The notes under the pieces: generated by a model
Database searches by the model: none
What the model saw: the letters and a program-made list of their open reading frames with translations, nothing else
What the model was told of the DNA's origin: nothing
Source: a bacterium
GTDB lineage: Bacteria > UBP14 > UBA6098 > 4484-93
NCBI GenBank assembly: GCA_021158465.1
Contig: JAGGUN010000022.1
Location: 2,808-66,807, forward strand
Length of the DNA stretch: 64,000 nt
Direction of reading: 5' to 3'
Made by a program: the position numbers and the translations under genes
Shown: positions 29,193 through 39,322 of the stretch, in pieces
How positions within the stretch are numbered: position 1 is the first letter of the stretch
Layout of the letters: each line of letters opens with the position of its first letter

Positions 29193-31612
29193 TAGAACTG
29201 TAGGGTCATTGAGATTCGCTTAATACCGGACAGCACGACATCCTTCTGTTTGGGGATATATCCGAAATCGAAGCTGAAGTTTCGGTAGTGCAATCCGGCA
29301 CCGAATGTTGCGTACTTAAGGCAGCCCTCAGTATCCCAGACATAGCCGCCTCTCAGAGAGACGAAGTTCCCGTAGGAATACTCTACGCCGACGTTCTCGA
29401 TAACCTCTTTTAACTCCTCCTTAAAGATGCATGAGTAGTCTTTTTTCCCGGTGCTCGTAGTGCACTGTGGCTCATATCCGATGTCTATCAGGTCTTTGTT
29501 AAGGTCGGCGAGCACGGTCAGTTTGTTGTAAGATGAATTCAGGATATTATATGCTATACCGAACTTTGCGTTTCTCGGCAGCGGGTCAGCCTGTGCTGCA
29601 TCTATGTAGGCGATGTCTGGTCCGAGGTTTTGGATGGTAAGTCCGAGGTTTAGCCCACGGATAGGCGTTTTATAAAGGATACCGAGGTCCACGGCAGCAT
29701 CGTGAGCGATCCCTTTTCCTTGTTCACTTCCTGCTCCAACATCTGCAAGATGGCTGTAGATATACTTGAGTGTAACACCGGCGGAAAGTCCGTGGGTTAT
29801 CGGCAGTCCGTATGATAGCGCTATTGCCATATCGTAGGAGCTGAACACGCCGAGGCTATCCCCCTGTGGGTTTGTATGCACGTTCTTACCCATAGAGAGA
29901 AATGTAATGCTGCCACCAACTGTTCCCCATCCTTCCAGATAGTGAGTTCCAGCTAAGAACTCGTAATAGATGTCACTGGCGAGCTCGGGTAGCCACTGAA
30001 CATGCATAGCAGTTATTCCGCTTTTCCCCTTGGAATACACGACCACCTTATTCTGTGTAGCGAACCATATCTCGCCGCCGCGCTCGGTCATAGCAACGGT
30101 TGGGTCCCTATCGAGACCAGAATGGGAGTAGTAGCGGAACTTCCCCTTGGAATAGACCAAAACGCCGTACTCTGTTCCGAAATAGAGCTTACTGCCGGTA
30201 GCAACGACGGAGTATGCCTTTCCGCTCGTTGGACTTGATGGAATAGCTACAATATCACCAGGTGAGAGCTCCATCCGGTTGGAGCGGTTGAACTTCAGGA
30301 TATCGTCTCGCAGACGCATACGGGTGTTCTCGTCAAGAGACGGCCATCTCGCTTCGACGAAGTCTGATATCGTTGTTGCCTCTGTTACCTTGGCGAACTG
30401 ATAGCCGAAGAACTTCCAGGTATGCTCGGAAGACATCTTCTTTATTCCGTACCTTGTTCCAAACCAGAGATTTCTTGACCTATCTCTGGCGACCGAATAT
30501 ATCTCCCCTTCAAACACTGCAGAGTATGGTATCTTTACGCTTTCGAGACTGATTGTATCCGTTTCCGAGGCGTCTTGGATGTTATTGGTGACGGTGAGCT
30601 CAAGTAGCGTCATATCTCGTCTGTTTCCGAGCGGCTTGTCGAAGACGAGGTCAATGAGTTTGCCCCATGTGAGCCTCTTCCCTTCAAGCCGGAAGGTATA
30701 TTCTCTCGACCAGTTCATTCCTCGATACACTGCTACTCCGTTCTCTGTCGAGCACCAGACCTCTGAGGATGAGATTGGGAAGACCCCGGTGACCTTCTTA
30801 GAGGGCAATCCGTCCATGGGTGAGAACTGTCTCCACTTGGCGCCACGCTTCCTGTAGACGCCGTTGTCTGTGGCAACCCAGATACCTCCCGCATCATCCT
30901 CCGATATCATATTTACCCTTACATCCTTTGGAGAGGATTTTTCCCTTATCTTTACCATTCCGCTCTTCGAGTAGCGGTATAACCCGTTTTCTGTTCCTAT
31001 CCAGAGGTTCTTGGATTTGTCACCGTAGAGGCAGGTTATCTTCTCGGTTATCATTATCGAGTACGGTATCTTCAGTTCGAAGTCCACTGGCATAATATCG
31101 TTTTCTAAGGTTATCCCTGACAACTTGTTGTGGTTGACGATGCGAGAGAAGATACTGCTCTTTATCTGCTCCTCGGAAAGGGACGGGAAGAGCCGCTTGA
31201 GTATCTCGGTTAGATGCTCGTCCTCACCAGTCACATAGATTAGCTCCTTGTTCCACCCCTTCGATGTGTGTTTGTATAAGCTGTTTTCTGTGGCGACCCA
31301 CATATCATATTTTCTATAGTCTATTTCCACTCTTCCAGACTTGATGAGCGCCAGAGCGATAATCTGCTCTTCCGGGTGATCGAACTCGAACTCATACCAG
31401 GAACTGGAGAGGGGATACCTGCCGAGTCCTGCTGGGTTATAGTAGGTTGCCGTGGGGTCATCGGAGAGGGCTACAAATGACTCTCCCATACCGGTAGGTC
31501 GTGCTCCTGGATGTATCATCAGGAAGAGTACCGCTGACTGGCGGAGGTCGGCGGAGGCTGATGAAAAAAGCGCTGTCAAAACCACCAGCAGGATGACTAT
31601 CTTCCTTACCAT
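29192..31612 (-). CDS. porV: PorV-family T9SS outer-membrane protein with a large beta-propeller/LysM-like insertion
   Basis: N-terminal FLMIHPGARPTGMGE..DDPTATYYNPAGL and C-terminal WLPELASDIYY...LKYIYS.L...QNLGP.I.Y..A.QADPLP..LRGGY barrel; ~465-aa insert with WIGTENG/WVATDNG/WFGT repeats. Confidence 0.82.
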   Translation of the reverse strand: MVRKIVILLVVLTALFSSASADLRQSAVLFLMIHPGARPTGMGESFVALSDDPTATYYNPAGLGRYPLSSSWYEFEFDHPEEQIIALALIKSGRVEIDYRKYDMWVATENSLYKHTSKGWNKELIYVTGEDEHLTEILKRLFPSLSEEQIKSSIFSRIVNHNKLSGITLENDIMPVDFELKIPYSIMITEKITCLYGDKSKNLWIGTENGLYRYSKSGMVKIREKSSPKDVRVNMISEDDAGGIWVATDNGVYRKRGAKWRQFSPMDGLPSKKVTGVFPISSSEVWCSTENGVAVYRGMNWSREYTFRLEGKRLTWGKLIDLVFDKPLGNRRDMTLLELTVTNNIQDASETDTISLESVKIPYSAVFEGEIYSVARDRSRNLWFGTRYGIKKMSSEHTWKFFGYQFAKVTEATTISDFVEARWPSLDENTRMRLRDDILKFNRSNRMELSPGDIVAIPSSPTSGKAYSVVATGSKLYFGTEYGVLVYSKGKFRYYSHSGLDRDPTVAMTERGGEIWFATQNKVVVYSKGKSGITAMHVQWLPELASDIYYEFLAGTHYLEGWGTVGGSITFLSMGKNVHTNPQGDSLGVFSSYDMAIALSYGLPITHGLSAGVTLKYIYSHLADVGAGSEQGKGIAHDAAVDLGILYKTPIRGLNLGLTIQNLGPDIAYIDAAQADPLPRNAKFGIAYNILNSSYNKLTVLADLNKDLIDIGYEPQCTTSTGKKDYSCIFKEELKEVIENVGVEYSYGNFVSLRGGYVWDTEGCLKYATFGAGLHYRNFSFDFGYIPKQKDVVLSGIKRISMTLQF

Positions 31613-31624
31613 ATTCTTCCTCCC

Positions 31625-34600
31625 TTATTTTATCTTGCTCACCTTTTTGACGAATTCCTTCTTTGTATCATTCTTACGGACGACGAGCTTGTAAAGATAT
31701 GTTCCGTTCGGAACCTCTCTGCCGTTTTCATCCTTCCCATCCCAATATATCTTGTTGAACCCGTTTATGCAAATGTTATCTTTTAGCCTGCGAACAAGCC
31801 TCCCGGATAGGGTAAATATGCTGATATCTGCTTCCCCCTCGCCGTATAGTATGAATGTGAACCACACTCCGTCTGTGAACGGAGATGGATAGGGTAGGAT
31901 CTCCTTCACGGATATATTATCGTCGGCTACTTCAAAATGAACAGTTTCGAGCGTTGCATTGCCGAAGTTGTCCCAGACCTTGACTGCTGCCGTGTGTATC
32001 CCCGGTGAAAGCAGAGGTAAGGTGTATACTATTAGTCCATCTGTGGAGCTGTCGATGTTGTATCTGAAATATCCTGTTATATCGGTTGATTGCTCTATGT
32101 TTTCGTCTATTATAAGCGTTATTGTATGTCCGACCTGTCCTGTAGTGTTTATTCCAGATTCATCTGAGACCTCGGCATAGAGCACTGACCCGTTTGGGAC
32201 GAGGTCAAAGTCGCTGAACCCTTTGTTGCCGATGTAGATTTTTACCGACGGAGGGATTGTATCGAGTTCGGTAATCTCAGAGTGCGTCGATATGGGGATG
32301 GAGTCAAGCCCGCCAGCTGCGTCGAATGTGTCGTTGTAAGCGTATGCTGTAATCCTTGCACAGTTTGCTCCGTAACTTATCTCCCTCGGTAGGATAAAAC
32401 CTGCCTGAAACTCCCCTTTGGTAACGGTGAACTCACCCGAGAAGAGGATATTCCCAGGCTTTGTGTATTGAATGGTCGAGCCAGTTCCGTCTGCAAGCGT
32501 GTATGTCTTTATGTAGTCTGAATCGAATACCTTTATGTTGACCTTCCCATCGATCGGGAGCAGTTCTCCAGATGTATCTCGAACGCTTCCGTAGATTGTT
32601 ATCCGTGTGAGGGCAATGAATTCATCTGGTGTCATGGAGTCGATCACAACGGGGAGGTCAGGGTTGGCAAGGCGTGTTGCTGGGTCGCCGAATAGGAGAT
32701 ACTGGGCATCGTTGGAGCTATAAGTTCCCAGGATCTTTGCCGCCAGAAGTGCCTCGCCGAGATAAGGCTTTGGACGGTTCATAAATAGCAGGTTGAAAAG
32801 GTTGTAGTTTAGGCTGGCGTTCGGAGATGGTGTGGTTGGCCCCGTGGCTGCGATGGAGGCTATACTCCCCTTATCTGCTTCCCTCTGCATCCTCTCAGAT
32901 AGGCATTCGAACCCAGGAACGAAGAACTCTGACACAGCACAGGAAAATGAATTGACGAGTGGTAGCATTCTGCCGTTTGATAGCCGTGCAATGTCTGAGT
33001 TAGAGTCGAATAGATGCTCGTGCGCCCAGAGATGATAATTCCCATGCCCGATGAAGTTAACGACAACCGCTCCCTCGTTTATCCAGTTGATGAGGTCGGC
33101 GTTTGCCTCTGGCTTGAGCCTCTGTGAGTTCATCGGATACTCAACCATATAGAGCATCCTTCTCTCACCCCAGTAAGGTAGAAAGTTCTGCAGTTCGCTT
33201 GTCTGAGTTGTGTGCATACCCTCACTGTGGGATGTAGTTGTGTTCTCATCATCGCCGCAGAGGATGTACCTGTTCCGCCAGTTGCCAAAGTGTGGGTTAT
33301 ACTCGTAGTCTATGACCTTCGATGTGATGATATCGAGTTCTCGCTGACTGTTGGCACAGAACCTACCAGCTGCAACCTGTGGAACGAGCGATGCAGGGTC
33401 TGTCTTAAGGTACCAATCGTCAGAGAAGTAAACCCCCTCTCCTGCAGGTGGTAGCGGATTGGCGTTACGGGTTGTTATCTCCTTGTAATCGTAGTGTCCG
33501 TCGCCGACGAGCAGGACAAACTCTGGAGGAACACCCCAGTTCTCCAGGGCATATTTTATATAGTTTCTTATGGCACCAGGGTCGAAAACCCCCCAGGAGA
33601 ATTCGTTGTATATTTGCTGAAGGGTTGCTACCTTCACCCGAAACCCAGAGAATTTCTCCCTGAAATCCCTTATGTCTGTTATGTTGAACTCCTCATCGGC
33701 AATGATAATGTACTCTCCCCCCGATATATCTGCCCTGAGACCGAGGTCAGGTATGTAGTCTGCCATCTGAACACGCCTGAACGAGGACGGGGTTGTGGCA
33801 AAGTATATCCTGCGTACGCTGTCCACAGAATCGGTGACTGTCCCCCCTACCGAGTACCGGACAGAGAACCTATCTGTTACATCAAATATCCAGATGCTAT
33901 CTCCTTCTATGTTATACCGGTAAGTTCCAGCCTCCTTCGGAGATAGGAAGGTTAGGCTGTCGTCTGCCAAGGAGAGCCGTTTCTCGTATTCTACCTCAAA
34001 GTAATAGAAGAATGTTTCCCTCGAGTAGTGGAATGAAATATGATTTGTTCCAGGTGCAAGTGTGGAAACAGGAAACCCTCTATCGATCGGGTCATAACTG
34101 CTCGCTTCGCCGTTCACAACAATGTACGACGGCTGGGGATAAGCCCTGACGACCCCGTTGGAGGATGCGATCCGATCTTCTGTGAAGCTATAGGTTCTTG
34201 TTGTGAACCTGTCCCACCCCCAGTCTATGCCGGCATTGTATATACGCTTCTCCTCGAAATGGTCTAAGGCAAAGCCTGTTTCTTTCTCTTCGTATTTCGC
34301 ATACTTGGTGAACTGTTCCATACGGGCAGCTGGAGTTGAGAAATCTCCCCCTATGGCGATAAAGTAGCAGTTTTCCCTCGCATACGGATGATAGTTGAAG
34401 CTATAATTTGCTAAGTCTATTGTCTTAAGAAAGTTTATCCCGTTTCCCCAGAAGATGAAATACTCCTCAGGTTCAATAGATTTATCGTCATCGCCGAAGA
34501 ATAGGAGGGGGATTTCTTGTAGTTTTGGCTGTTCGAATGTTATGGCGGGCAGTTTCCTGCCTCCGCCGTTGAACAGGCGGACATCGTCAGGGCTTATTGT

Positions 34601-35365
34601 CTCTGGCTGGATGCCGAGGTTCGAGAGGAGGTTATAGTCAAGCTTGTATATTCCGTTGGAGTTGATGTAGAACTTATACCATCTATCCGATGGGGAGAAC
34701 GGGTTGTAGTATTCCTTTCTTTGCTTCCTCCTGCGTAGCCGGAGGGCTGATTTATAGTTGGAAAGCAGATTTTTCAGGATATGTTCGTATCTACCTTCGG
34801 GAACGGTTTTCCCTGATGGGTTGTGGAAGATAACGGAGACAGTGAGCTTCTTCACAAGCTCAATTTCACCTGTCTCTGGGTTAAACCTAACAGGATAGTA
34901 TCTTATTGCTGCGATATGCTGTGAGCGGAAGTCTCCCATATCGAGGAAGACTGCATCATCGTTTGGATAGAAGTCAGAGGTGGAGTAAACAGAGTCGTTT
35001 TCGGTGATTTTATATTCCCAGATGTCATTTCTAAGGTTCGGTGTTGGCACGGGCTTAACCCGTCCCTTGCCGTATGGAACAACTTCTTTCTCTGCACGGA
35101 TGGAAAAAGAATCGCTTATCCCTATTATTATCGACTGCGATGGTATATCAGGGAAGCCGGAAGGTTCCCTGTGAGAAAACCTTTCCGGCACGAGGATAGC
35201 GGTATAACCACCCGATTCGACGAGGGAAACAGAATCGGGTTCGAGGGAAAACTCAACGGAGAATCGAGAAGGAGAATCCTCGATTATTGTATAGGGGAAA
35301 CTCACAGCTGATAGGAAGAGGAGAGCCCCGGCAGATACCGTCAATATCTTCAGTATATACAACAT
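31625..35365 (-). CDS. porU: Type IX secretion sortase PorU (peptidase C25) with propeptide and FlgD-Ig/CTD
   Basis: IYNEFSWG..DP.AIR, LL.GDG.YDY, SDDWY, FIGHG and SFSC catalytic His/Cys, LFGDPA, D..PP..SDESGINTTG..GH, K.WD..GN; start at ATG 35365 because a promoter lies at 35407-35434. Confidence 0.88.
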   Translation of the reverse strand: MLYILKILTVSAGALLFLSAVSFPYTIIEDSPSRFSVEFSLEPDSVSLVESGGYTAILVPERFSHREPSGFPDIPSQSIIIGISDSFSIRAEKEVVPYGKGRVKPVPTPNLRNDIWEYKITENDSVYSTSDFYPNDDAVFLDMGDFRSQHIAAIRYYPVRFNPETGEIELVKKLTVSVIFHNPSGKTVPEGRYEHILKNLLSNYKSALRLRRRKQRKEYYNPFSPSDRWYKFYINSNGIYKLDYNLLSNLGIQPETISPDDVRLFNGGGRKLPAITFEQPKLQEIPLLFFGDDDKSIEPEEYFIFWGNGINFLKTIDLANYSFNYHPYARENCYFIAIGGDFSTPAARMEQFTKYAKYEEKETGFALDHFEEKRIYNAGIDWGWDRFTTRTYSFTEDRIASSNGVVRAYPQPSYIVVNGEASSYDPIDRGFPVSTLAPGTNHISFHYSRETFFYYFEVEYEKRLSLADDSLTFLSPKEAGTYRYNIEGDSIWIFDVTDRFSVRYSVGGTVTDSVDSVRRIYFATTPSSFRRVQMADYIPDLGLRADISGGEYIIIADEEFNITDIRDFREKFSGFRVKVATLQQIYNEFSWGVFDPGAIRNYIKYALENWGVPPEFVLLVGDGHYDYKEITTRNANPLPPAGEGVYFSDDWYLKTDPASLVPQVAAGRFCANSQRELDIITSKVIDYEYNPHFGNWRNRYILCGDDENTTTSHSEGMHTTQTSELQNFLPYWGERRMLYMVEYPMNSQRLKPEANADLINWINEGAVVVNFIGHGNYHLWAHEHLFDSNSDIARLSNGRMLPLVNSFSCAVSEFFVPGFECLSERMQREADKGSIASIAATGPTTPSPNASLNYNLFNLLFMNRPKPYLGEALLAAKILGTYSSNDAQYLLFGDPATRLANPDLPVVIDSMTPDEFIALTRITIYGSVRDTSGELLPIDGKVNIKVFDSDYIKTYTLADGTGSTIQYTKPGNILFSGEFTVTKGEFQAGFILPREISYGANCARITAYAYNDTFDAAGGLDSIPISTHSEITELDTIPPSVKIYIGNKGFSDFDLVPNGSVLYAEVSDESGINTTGQVGHTITLIIDENIEQSTDITGYFRYNIDSSTDGLIVYTLPLLSPGIHTAAVKVWDNFGNATLETVHFEVADDNISVKEILPYPSPFTDGVWFTFILYGEGEADISIFTLSGRLVRRLKDNICINGFNKIYWDGKDENGREVPNGTYLYKLVVRKNDTKKEFVKKVSKIK

Positions 35366-35406
35366 CCGCTTATAGAAGCTCCGGGCATCCTCCAGTTTTT
35401 GAGGGA

Positions 35407-35434
35407 AATATAAACGCATTGGTCTGTTTGTCAA
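35407..35434 (-). promoter_or_regulatory. sigma70-type promoter for the porU-porV operon
   Basis: TTGACA-N16-TATATT. Confidence 0.6.
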
Positions 35435-35439
35435 GAGTT

Positions 35440-36474
35440 TTAACCTATGAGCTTTGGAATGTTCTTTTTTAGAGGGTTCTCTATTATGCCTTTTTCGGTT
35501 ATGATCCCTGTTATGAGCTCTGCTGGAGTTACATCGAATGCATATGTGAGAGCATCGGCTTCCTTTGGAGCTATCCAGGTTCCACAGAACCTTTTTATCT
35601 CATCTTGAGAGCGTTTTTCGATGGGTATCTGTCTGCCTGTGGAGAGAGTGAGATCGAATGTTGTTGATGGGGCAGCGACATAGAACATAACATTGTGAGC
35701 CTTTGCTAGCACGGCGAGAGAGTATGTTCCTATCTTGTTTGCCACATCGCCGTTTGCTGCAATCCTGTCTGCCCCGACAATGACTATATCAACTCCCCTG
35801 CGAGCCATAAGGGCACCTGCCATACTGTCTGTTATAACCGTCGTCGGGATACCTTCGCTTACAAGCTCGAACGCTGTGAGGCGAGCCCCTTGGAGTAGGG
35901 GGCGGGTCTCGTCCGCGTACACGGATATCCTCTTTCCCTTTTCCCAGGCTTTGTATATGACGGCGAGGGCAGTTCCTATTCCGCCTGTTGCGAGTGCTCC
36001 AGCGTTGCAATGAGTAAGTATCCTGAACCCGTCTTTGATAAGCCCCTCGCCAGCTTCACCTATTGCCTCGCAGAGAGCCTCATCCTCCTTGTGGATCTTT
36101 ATTGCTTCCTCGAGCACAAGCTTTTTTATCTCCCGGGGGGGTAGTGAACTGTTCGACTTTATCAGATTGTCCATACGGTCGATTGTGTGGAACAGATTGA
36201 CCGCTGTCGGTCGTGAGGAACGCAGGAAATCCGCTACGGTCGTGAATCTGCTGTAGAAATCCTCGAATGTTCCTGTATCGTAGTGGCGGATGCCCAGATA
36301 TATCCCGTAGCCTGCCACTATCCCCAGAAGTGGTGCACCACGCACAGCGAGTGTGACGATTGCTTCTCGCAGCTCCATAACATCGTAAATGTCGAGCCAC
36401 ACGAGTTCGCCAGGGAGTTTCCGCTGGTCTATTGCTCGCAGGTGTTCCCCTCTCCACTCGATCGCTTTTATCAT
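35440..36474 (-). CDS. mtnA: S-methyl-5-thioribose-1-phosphate isomerase
   Basis: VRGAP, RPTAVNL, LTHCNAGALAT, DETRPLLQGARLT, GADRIAANGD.ANKIGTY, FDVTP. Confidence 0.96.
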   Translation of the reverse strand: MIKAIEWRGEHLRAIDQRKLPGELVWLDIYDVMELREAIVTLAVRGAPLLGIVAGYGIYLGIRHYDTGTFEDFYSRFTTVADFLRSSRPTAVNLFHTIDRMDNLIKSNSSLPPREIKKLVLEEAIKIHKEDEALCEAIGEAGEGLIKDGFRILTHCNAGALATGGIGTALAVIYKAWEKGKRISVYADETRPLLQGARLTAFELVSEGIPTTVITDSMAGALMARRGVDIVIVGADRIAANGDVANKIGTYSLAVLAKAHNVMFYVAAPSTTFDLTLSTGRQIPIEKRSQDEIKRFCGTWIAPKEADALTYAFDVTPAELITGIITEKGIIENPLKKNIPKLIG

Positions 36475-36481
36475 TCCTCTC

Positions 36482-39208
36482 CTATTTGATATAGATGAGC
36501 TTTGTGCTTATACTTTCCGCTCCGTCCTTCAGGATGGCAATGTAGGTCCCGGTGGGTGAGTTGCTCGCGTTCCAAGAGGCTGTTTGCCAGCCGGATGATG
36601 GTATGACAGGAACTGAGGCAACCTTCTCACCGGTGATATTGTAGATGGATAGACTGGGGGAGTTGCCCGTGGAGTAGAACCTTATTGAGACTGTCGAGTT
36701 GAACGGATTGGGGTATGCTGTTATAACGGGTGACGAGGGGATCATTGGGAAATCCACCTCTTTTATCTCTGAGAAATCGTATCCGACGAACTCGAGCATC
36801 TTCCTGACGAACATCCATCTCGGAGTGAACGAAGGAAGCTCATTGTGAATACATTCTATCCCGAACCCGAGATAGAATACCGTGTTGTTGAGTGTGATAT
36901 CGACATATCTCGTTGCGGCAAAGGAGCCAGAAGTGTCCCCTTCATAGGTGAGGATACCAACGGCACCGTCCGTTGGGGTGCATCCGGATGGACTATCTGG
37001 GGAATATGCTCCACCGGAGAGAACGATACGGATGCTATCTGTTACTGGGTCGCCCTCGATTCCCGACAGTATAACCCTGCCAGCATCGTCTACCGTGTGT
37101 TCGGCGTGGATTATATCTGAGAATAGGGAGGTCCCTCCCATATCCTCGCCGATGTTCTCTCCTGATAGTATTAGAACCTTGTTCCCTTCGTTGTAAAAGT
37201 TGGTGATAAGTGAGAGCTCTGTTTCCGTTATCGATGTGTCACGGACAGTTCCTGTGAACCAGATGACCGTGCGGTATTTGTTCAGCTCCTCCTGAGAGAT
37301 AGCCCCTTGGTTCTTGTTCCATATATCGTAGACTAACCTGTTGGTCAGAAGCGCCGTATTGTAATACGATATGTTTGTTGTATCGGTCTCAGAGCCGTTA
37401 TAGACGAGGATGTCCGGTCGTCCTATCATAAATGTGATATACCCATAGTTGATAGTTCCCTGCTCGGTTGTTAGCCGCCATCTAAAGCGAGCTTTATGTG
37501 CTGGCATATCGGACAGCATCCGAAAGCGTATAGGTGCAGAGTCATTCCTGGCAGTGTCACCGGGGGCGATATCCGGAAAGTCAACATCACCTGTTATGAT
37601 CTCCACGGTTGTGTCGGCTGTTGTCAGATGGAGCGTTGCACCTGTTCCCATCATCCAGCCAGGTTCGTTCGCGAATGAGAGGATTATTTCGCCTGTCTCC
37701 CCTGGGTCGACCCTACCATCGAGGTTACCGTCGATATCGGTGCTTTGATACCCTACGAATGAGAGTTCAGGGTATATCACCTGCCCGATAGCCTTGAATA
37801 CATTCACGCGTCCCCTGCCAAGTCTTCCCTCATATCCCGGGTTGAGGGAATCTATGGGGTCGGCAGAATCAAGCAGTCTGTTGTATACCCAATGGTTTGA
37901 TGAGTCGGGGAAATATGCTCGGACAAGTGCGCCACATCCCGCAGCAACAGGTGATGCCATGGATGTTCCGTCCCAGCTCGTGAAGGAGTCGACTGGGATG
38001 GTGCTGTATATCGAGACACCAGGTGCGGATAGTTCTATCCAGCTGCCATAGTTGGAGAAGTATGCCTTGTGGTCGTTCTCGTCGGTTGCGGCAACGGATA
38101 TGACATGATTAAAGTTAGCAGGATAGAATCGTGCTGAAACATCATCATTGCCAGCACCACCGACAAGTAGAACGCCTGCTGCCCAAGCGTCCTGACAAGC
38201 CTCGTTCTCGTCCGGGTCGGGGTGGGAGCTGCCGTAGCTCATGTTTATCACCTTTGCGCCCATATCGATTGCATACCTAAAACAGCGCAGAAGGGCGATT
38301 GTCTGCATACCACCAAGGGTGCCGTCGTTCGGGTAGTAGCCTGCTCGCAGGCACATAAGCTTCGAGCTCCAATTGCACCCTGCCATACCGTATCCGTTGT
38401 TCCCAAGCGCTGCCATAATCCCGTTTGTGTGTGTCCCGTGTCCGTCCAGTATAAAATCTGACGGGTCACTGTCGGGATCGTCGCCATCCTCGATAAGTAC
38501 ACCGTCGTTGTATGCGTCTGGGGCGTTATCGACGAAATCGTATCCGATGAGGTCGTCGATGACCCCGTTGAGGTCGTTGTCGAGCCCATCGAAATCATCG
38601 ACATCGAACGGGACACCATCACCATCCAAATCCTCGCCAGGGTTCACCCATATGTTCGGATAGAGGTCGGGATGACTCCAATTGACACCAGAGTCGATCC
38701 CCGTTATTATAACGGAGCTATCACCTGTTGTTGTCCCCCAGGCTCGATCAAGTCCGATTTTCGGTGCCCACCACTGCCGGGAATAACCAGGGTCATCGGG
38801 TGTTACCGGAAGATACAAAAGCGGGATAATATAGTCAGGAAGAGAATATTTTACGAACGGTAGCTTCTCAAACCGCTTTGCAACTTCCGCAGCATCAAAC
38901 CTATCAGGGAAGTGGAAAACAACCCTGTTTGACCAGTGAGCCCATTTCTCCTCGAACCTGCCCAGAGACCCGAGAAGCGGCTCCCAGTCGTATGCCTCAA
39001 TCTCTTCCAGGAGTCTATCCAGCTCGGGAATGCCTGAGCGAACCACACCATCCTGAACGGTCAGTTTCTCCTGAATATCGAGGGAATAGTCGAAAGCGAC
39101 GCGGACGACCCCCGGCGTGTATCTATCCGGCGGTGAGGGGTTATTGGCGTATATGGGTAAAGCAAGAAGCACCAAGGTTAGAACGGTGGCAGTGACGCTC
39201 TTTTGCAT
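36482..39208 (-). CDS. Secreted S8 (subtilisin-like) serine protease with T9SS CTD
   Basis: Catalytic triad GIDSG / GHGTH / GTSMASP; Ca-loop DxDxDG inserts; AYPNPFNS...KLIYIK CTD; ATG 39208. Confidence 0.92.
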   Translation of the reverse strand: MQKSVTATVLTLVLLALPIYANNPSPPDRYTPGVVRVAFDYSLDIQEKLTVQDGVVRSGIPELDRLLEEIEAYDWEPLLGSLGRFEEKWAHWSNRVVFHFPDRFDAAEVAKRFEKLPFVKYSLPDYIIPLLYLPVTPDDPGYSRQWWAPKIGLDRAWGTTTGDSSVIITGIDSGVNWSHPDLYPNIWVNPGEDLDGDGVPFDVDDFDGLDNDLNGVIDDLIGYDFVDNAPDAYNDGVLIEDGDDPDSDPSDFILDGHGTHTNGIMAALGNNGYGMAGCNWSSKLMCLRAGYYPNDGTLGGMQTIALLRCFRYAIDMGAKVINMSYGSSHPDPDENEACQDAWAAGVLLVGGAGNDDVSARFYPANFNHVISVAATDENDHKAYFSNYGSWIELSAPGVSIYSTIPVDSFTSWDGTSMASPVAAGCGALVRAYFPDSSNHWVYNRLLDSADPIDSLNPGYEGRLGRGRVNVFKAIGQVIYPELSFVGYQSTDIDGNLDGRVDPGETGEIILSFANEPGWMMGTGATLHLTTADTTVEIITGDVDFPDIAPGDTARNDSAPIRFRMLSDMPAHKARFRWRLTTEQGTINYGYITFMIGRPDILVYNGSETDTTNISYYNTALLTNRLVYDIWNKNQGAISQEELNKYRTVIWFTGTVRDTSITETELSLITNFYNEGNKVLILSGENIGEDMGGTSLFSDIIHAEHTVDDAGRVILSGIEGDPVTDSIRIVLSGGAYSPDSPSGCTPTDGAVGILTYEGDTSGSFAATRYVDITLNNTVFYLGFGIECIHNELPSFTPRWMFVRKMLEFVGYDFSEIKEVDFPMIPSSPVITAYPNPFNSTVSIRFYSTGNSPSLSIYNITGEKVASVPVIPSSGWQTASWNASNSPTGTYIAILKDGAESISTKLIYIK

Positions 39209-39244
39209 CTTCGCTCCTTCATTTCCGGGACACAATTTTGGTTA

Positions 39245-39272
39245 AAAATAGATATTTTTTCGTTTTTGTCAA
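39245..39272 (-). promoter_or_regulatory. Promoter for the S8 protease-mtnA unit
   Basis: TTGACA-N16-TATTTT. Confidence 0.5.
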
Positions 39273-39287
39273 ATCATAAATTTTGAC

Positions 39288-39316
39288 TTGACTTTTATTG
39301 GAATTGAAGGGATATT
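39288..39316 (+). promoter_or_regulatory. Possible promoter for thiL (leaderless)
   Basis: TTGACT-N17-GATATT ending 6 nt before the GTG start. Confidence 0.4.
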
Positions 39317-39322
39317 TCCGAT

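Noticed and set aside
35366-35434. Longer porU start in the ORF track
   Set aside because: The TTG is part of the -35 box of a promoter; the hydrophobic signal begins after ATG 35365.
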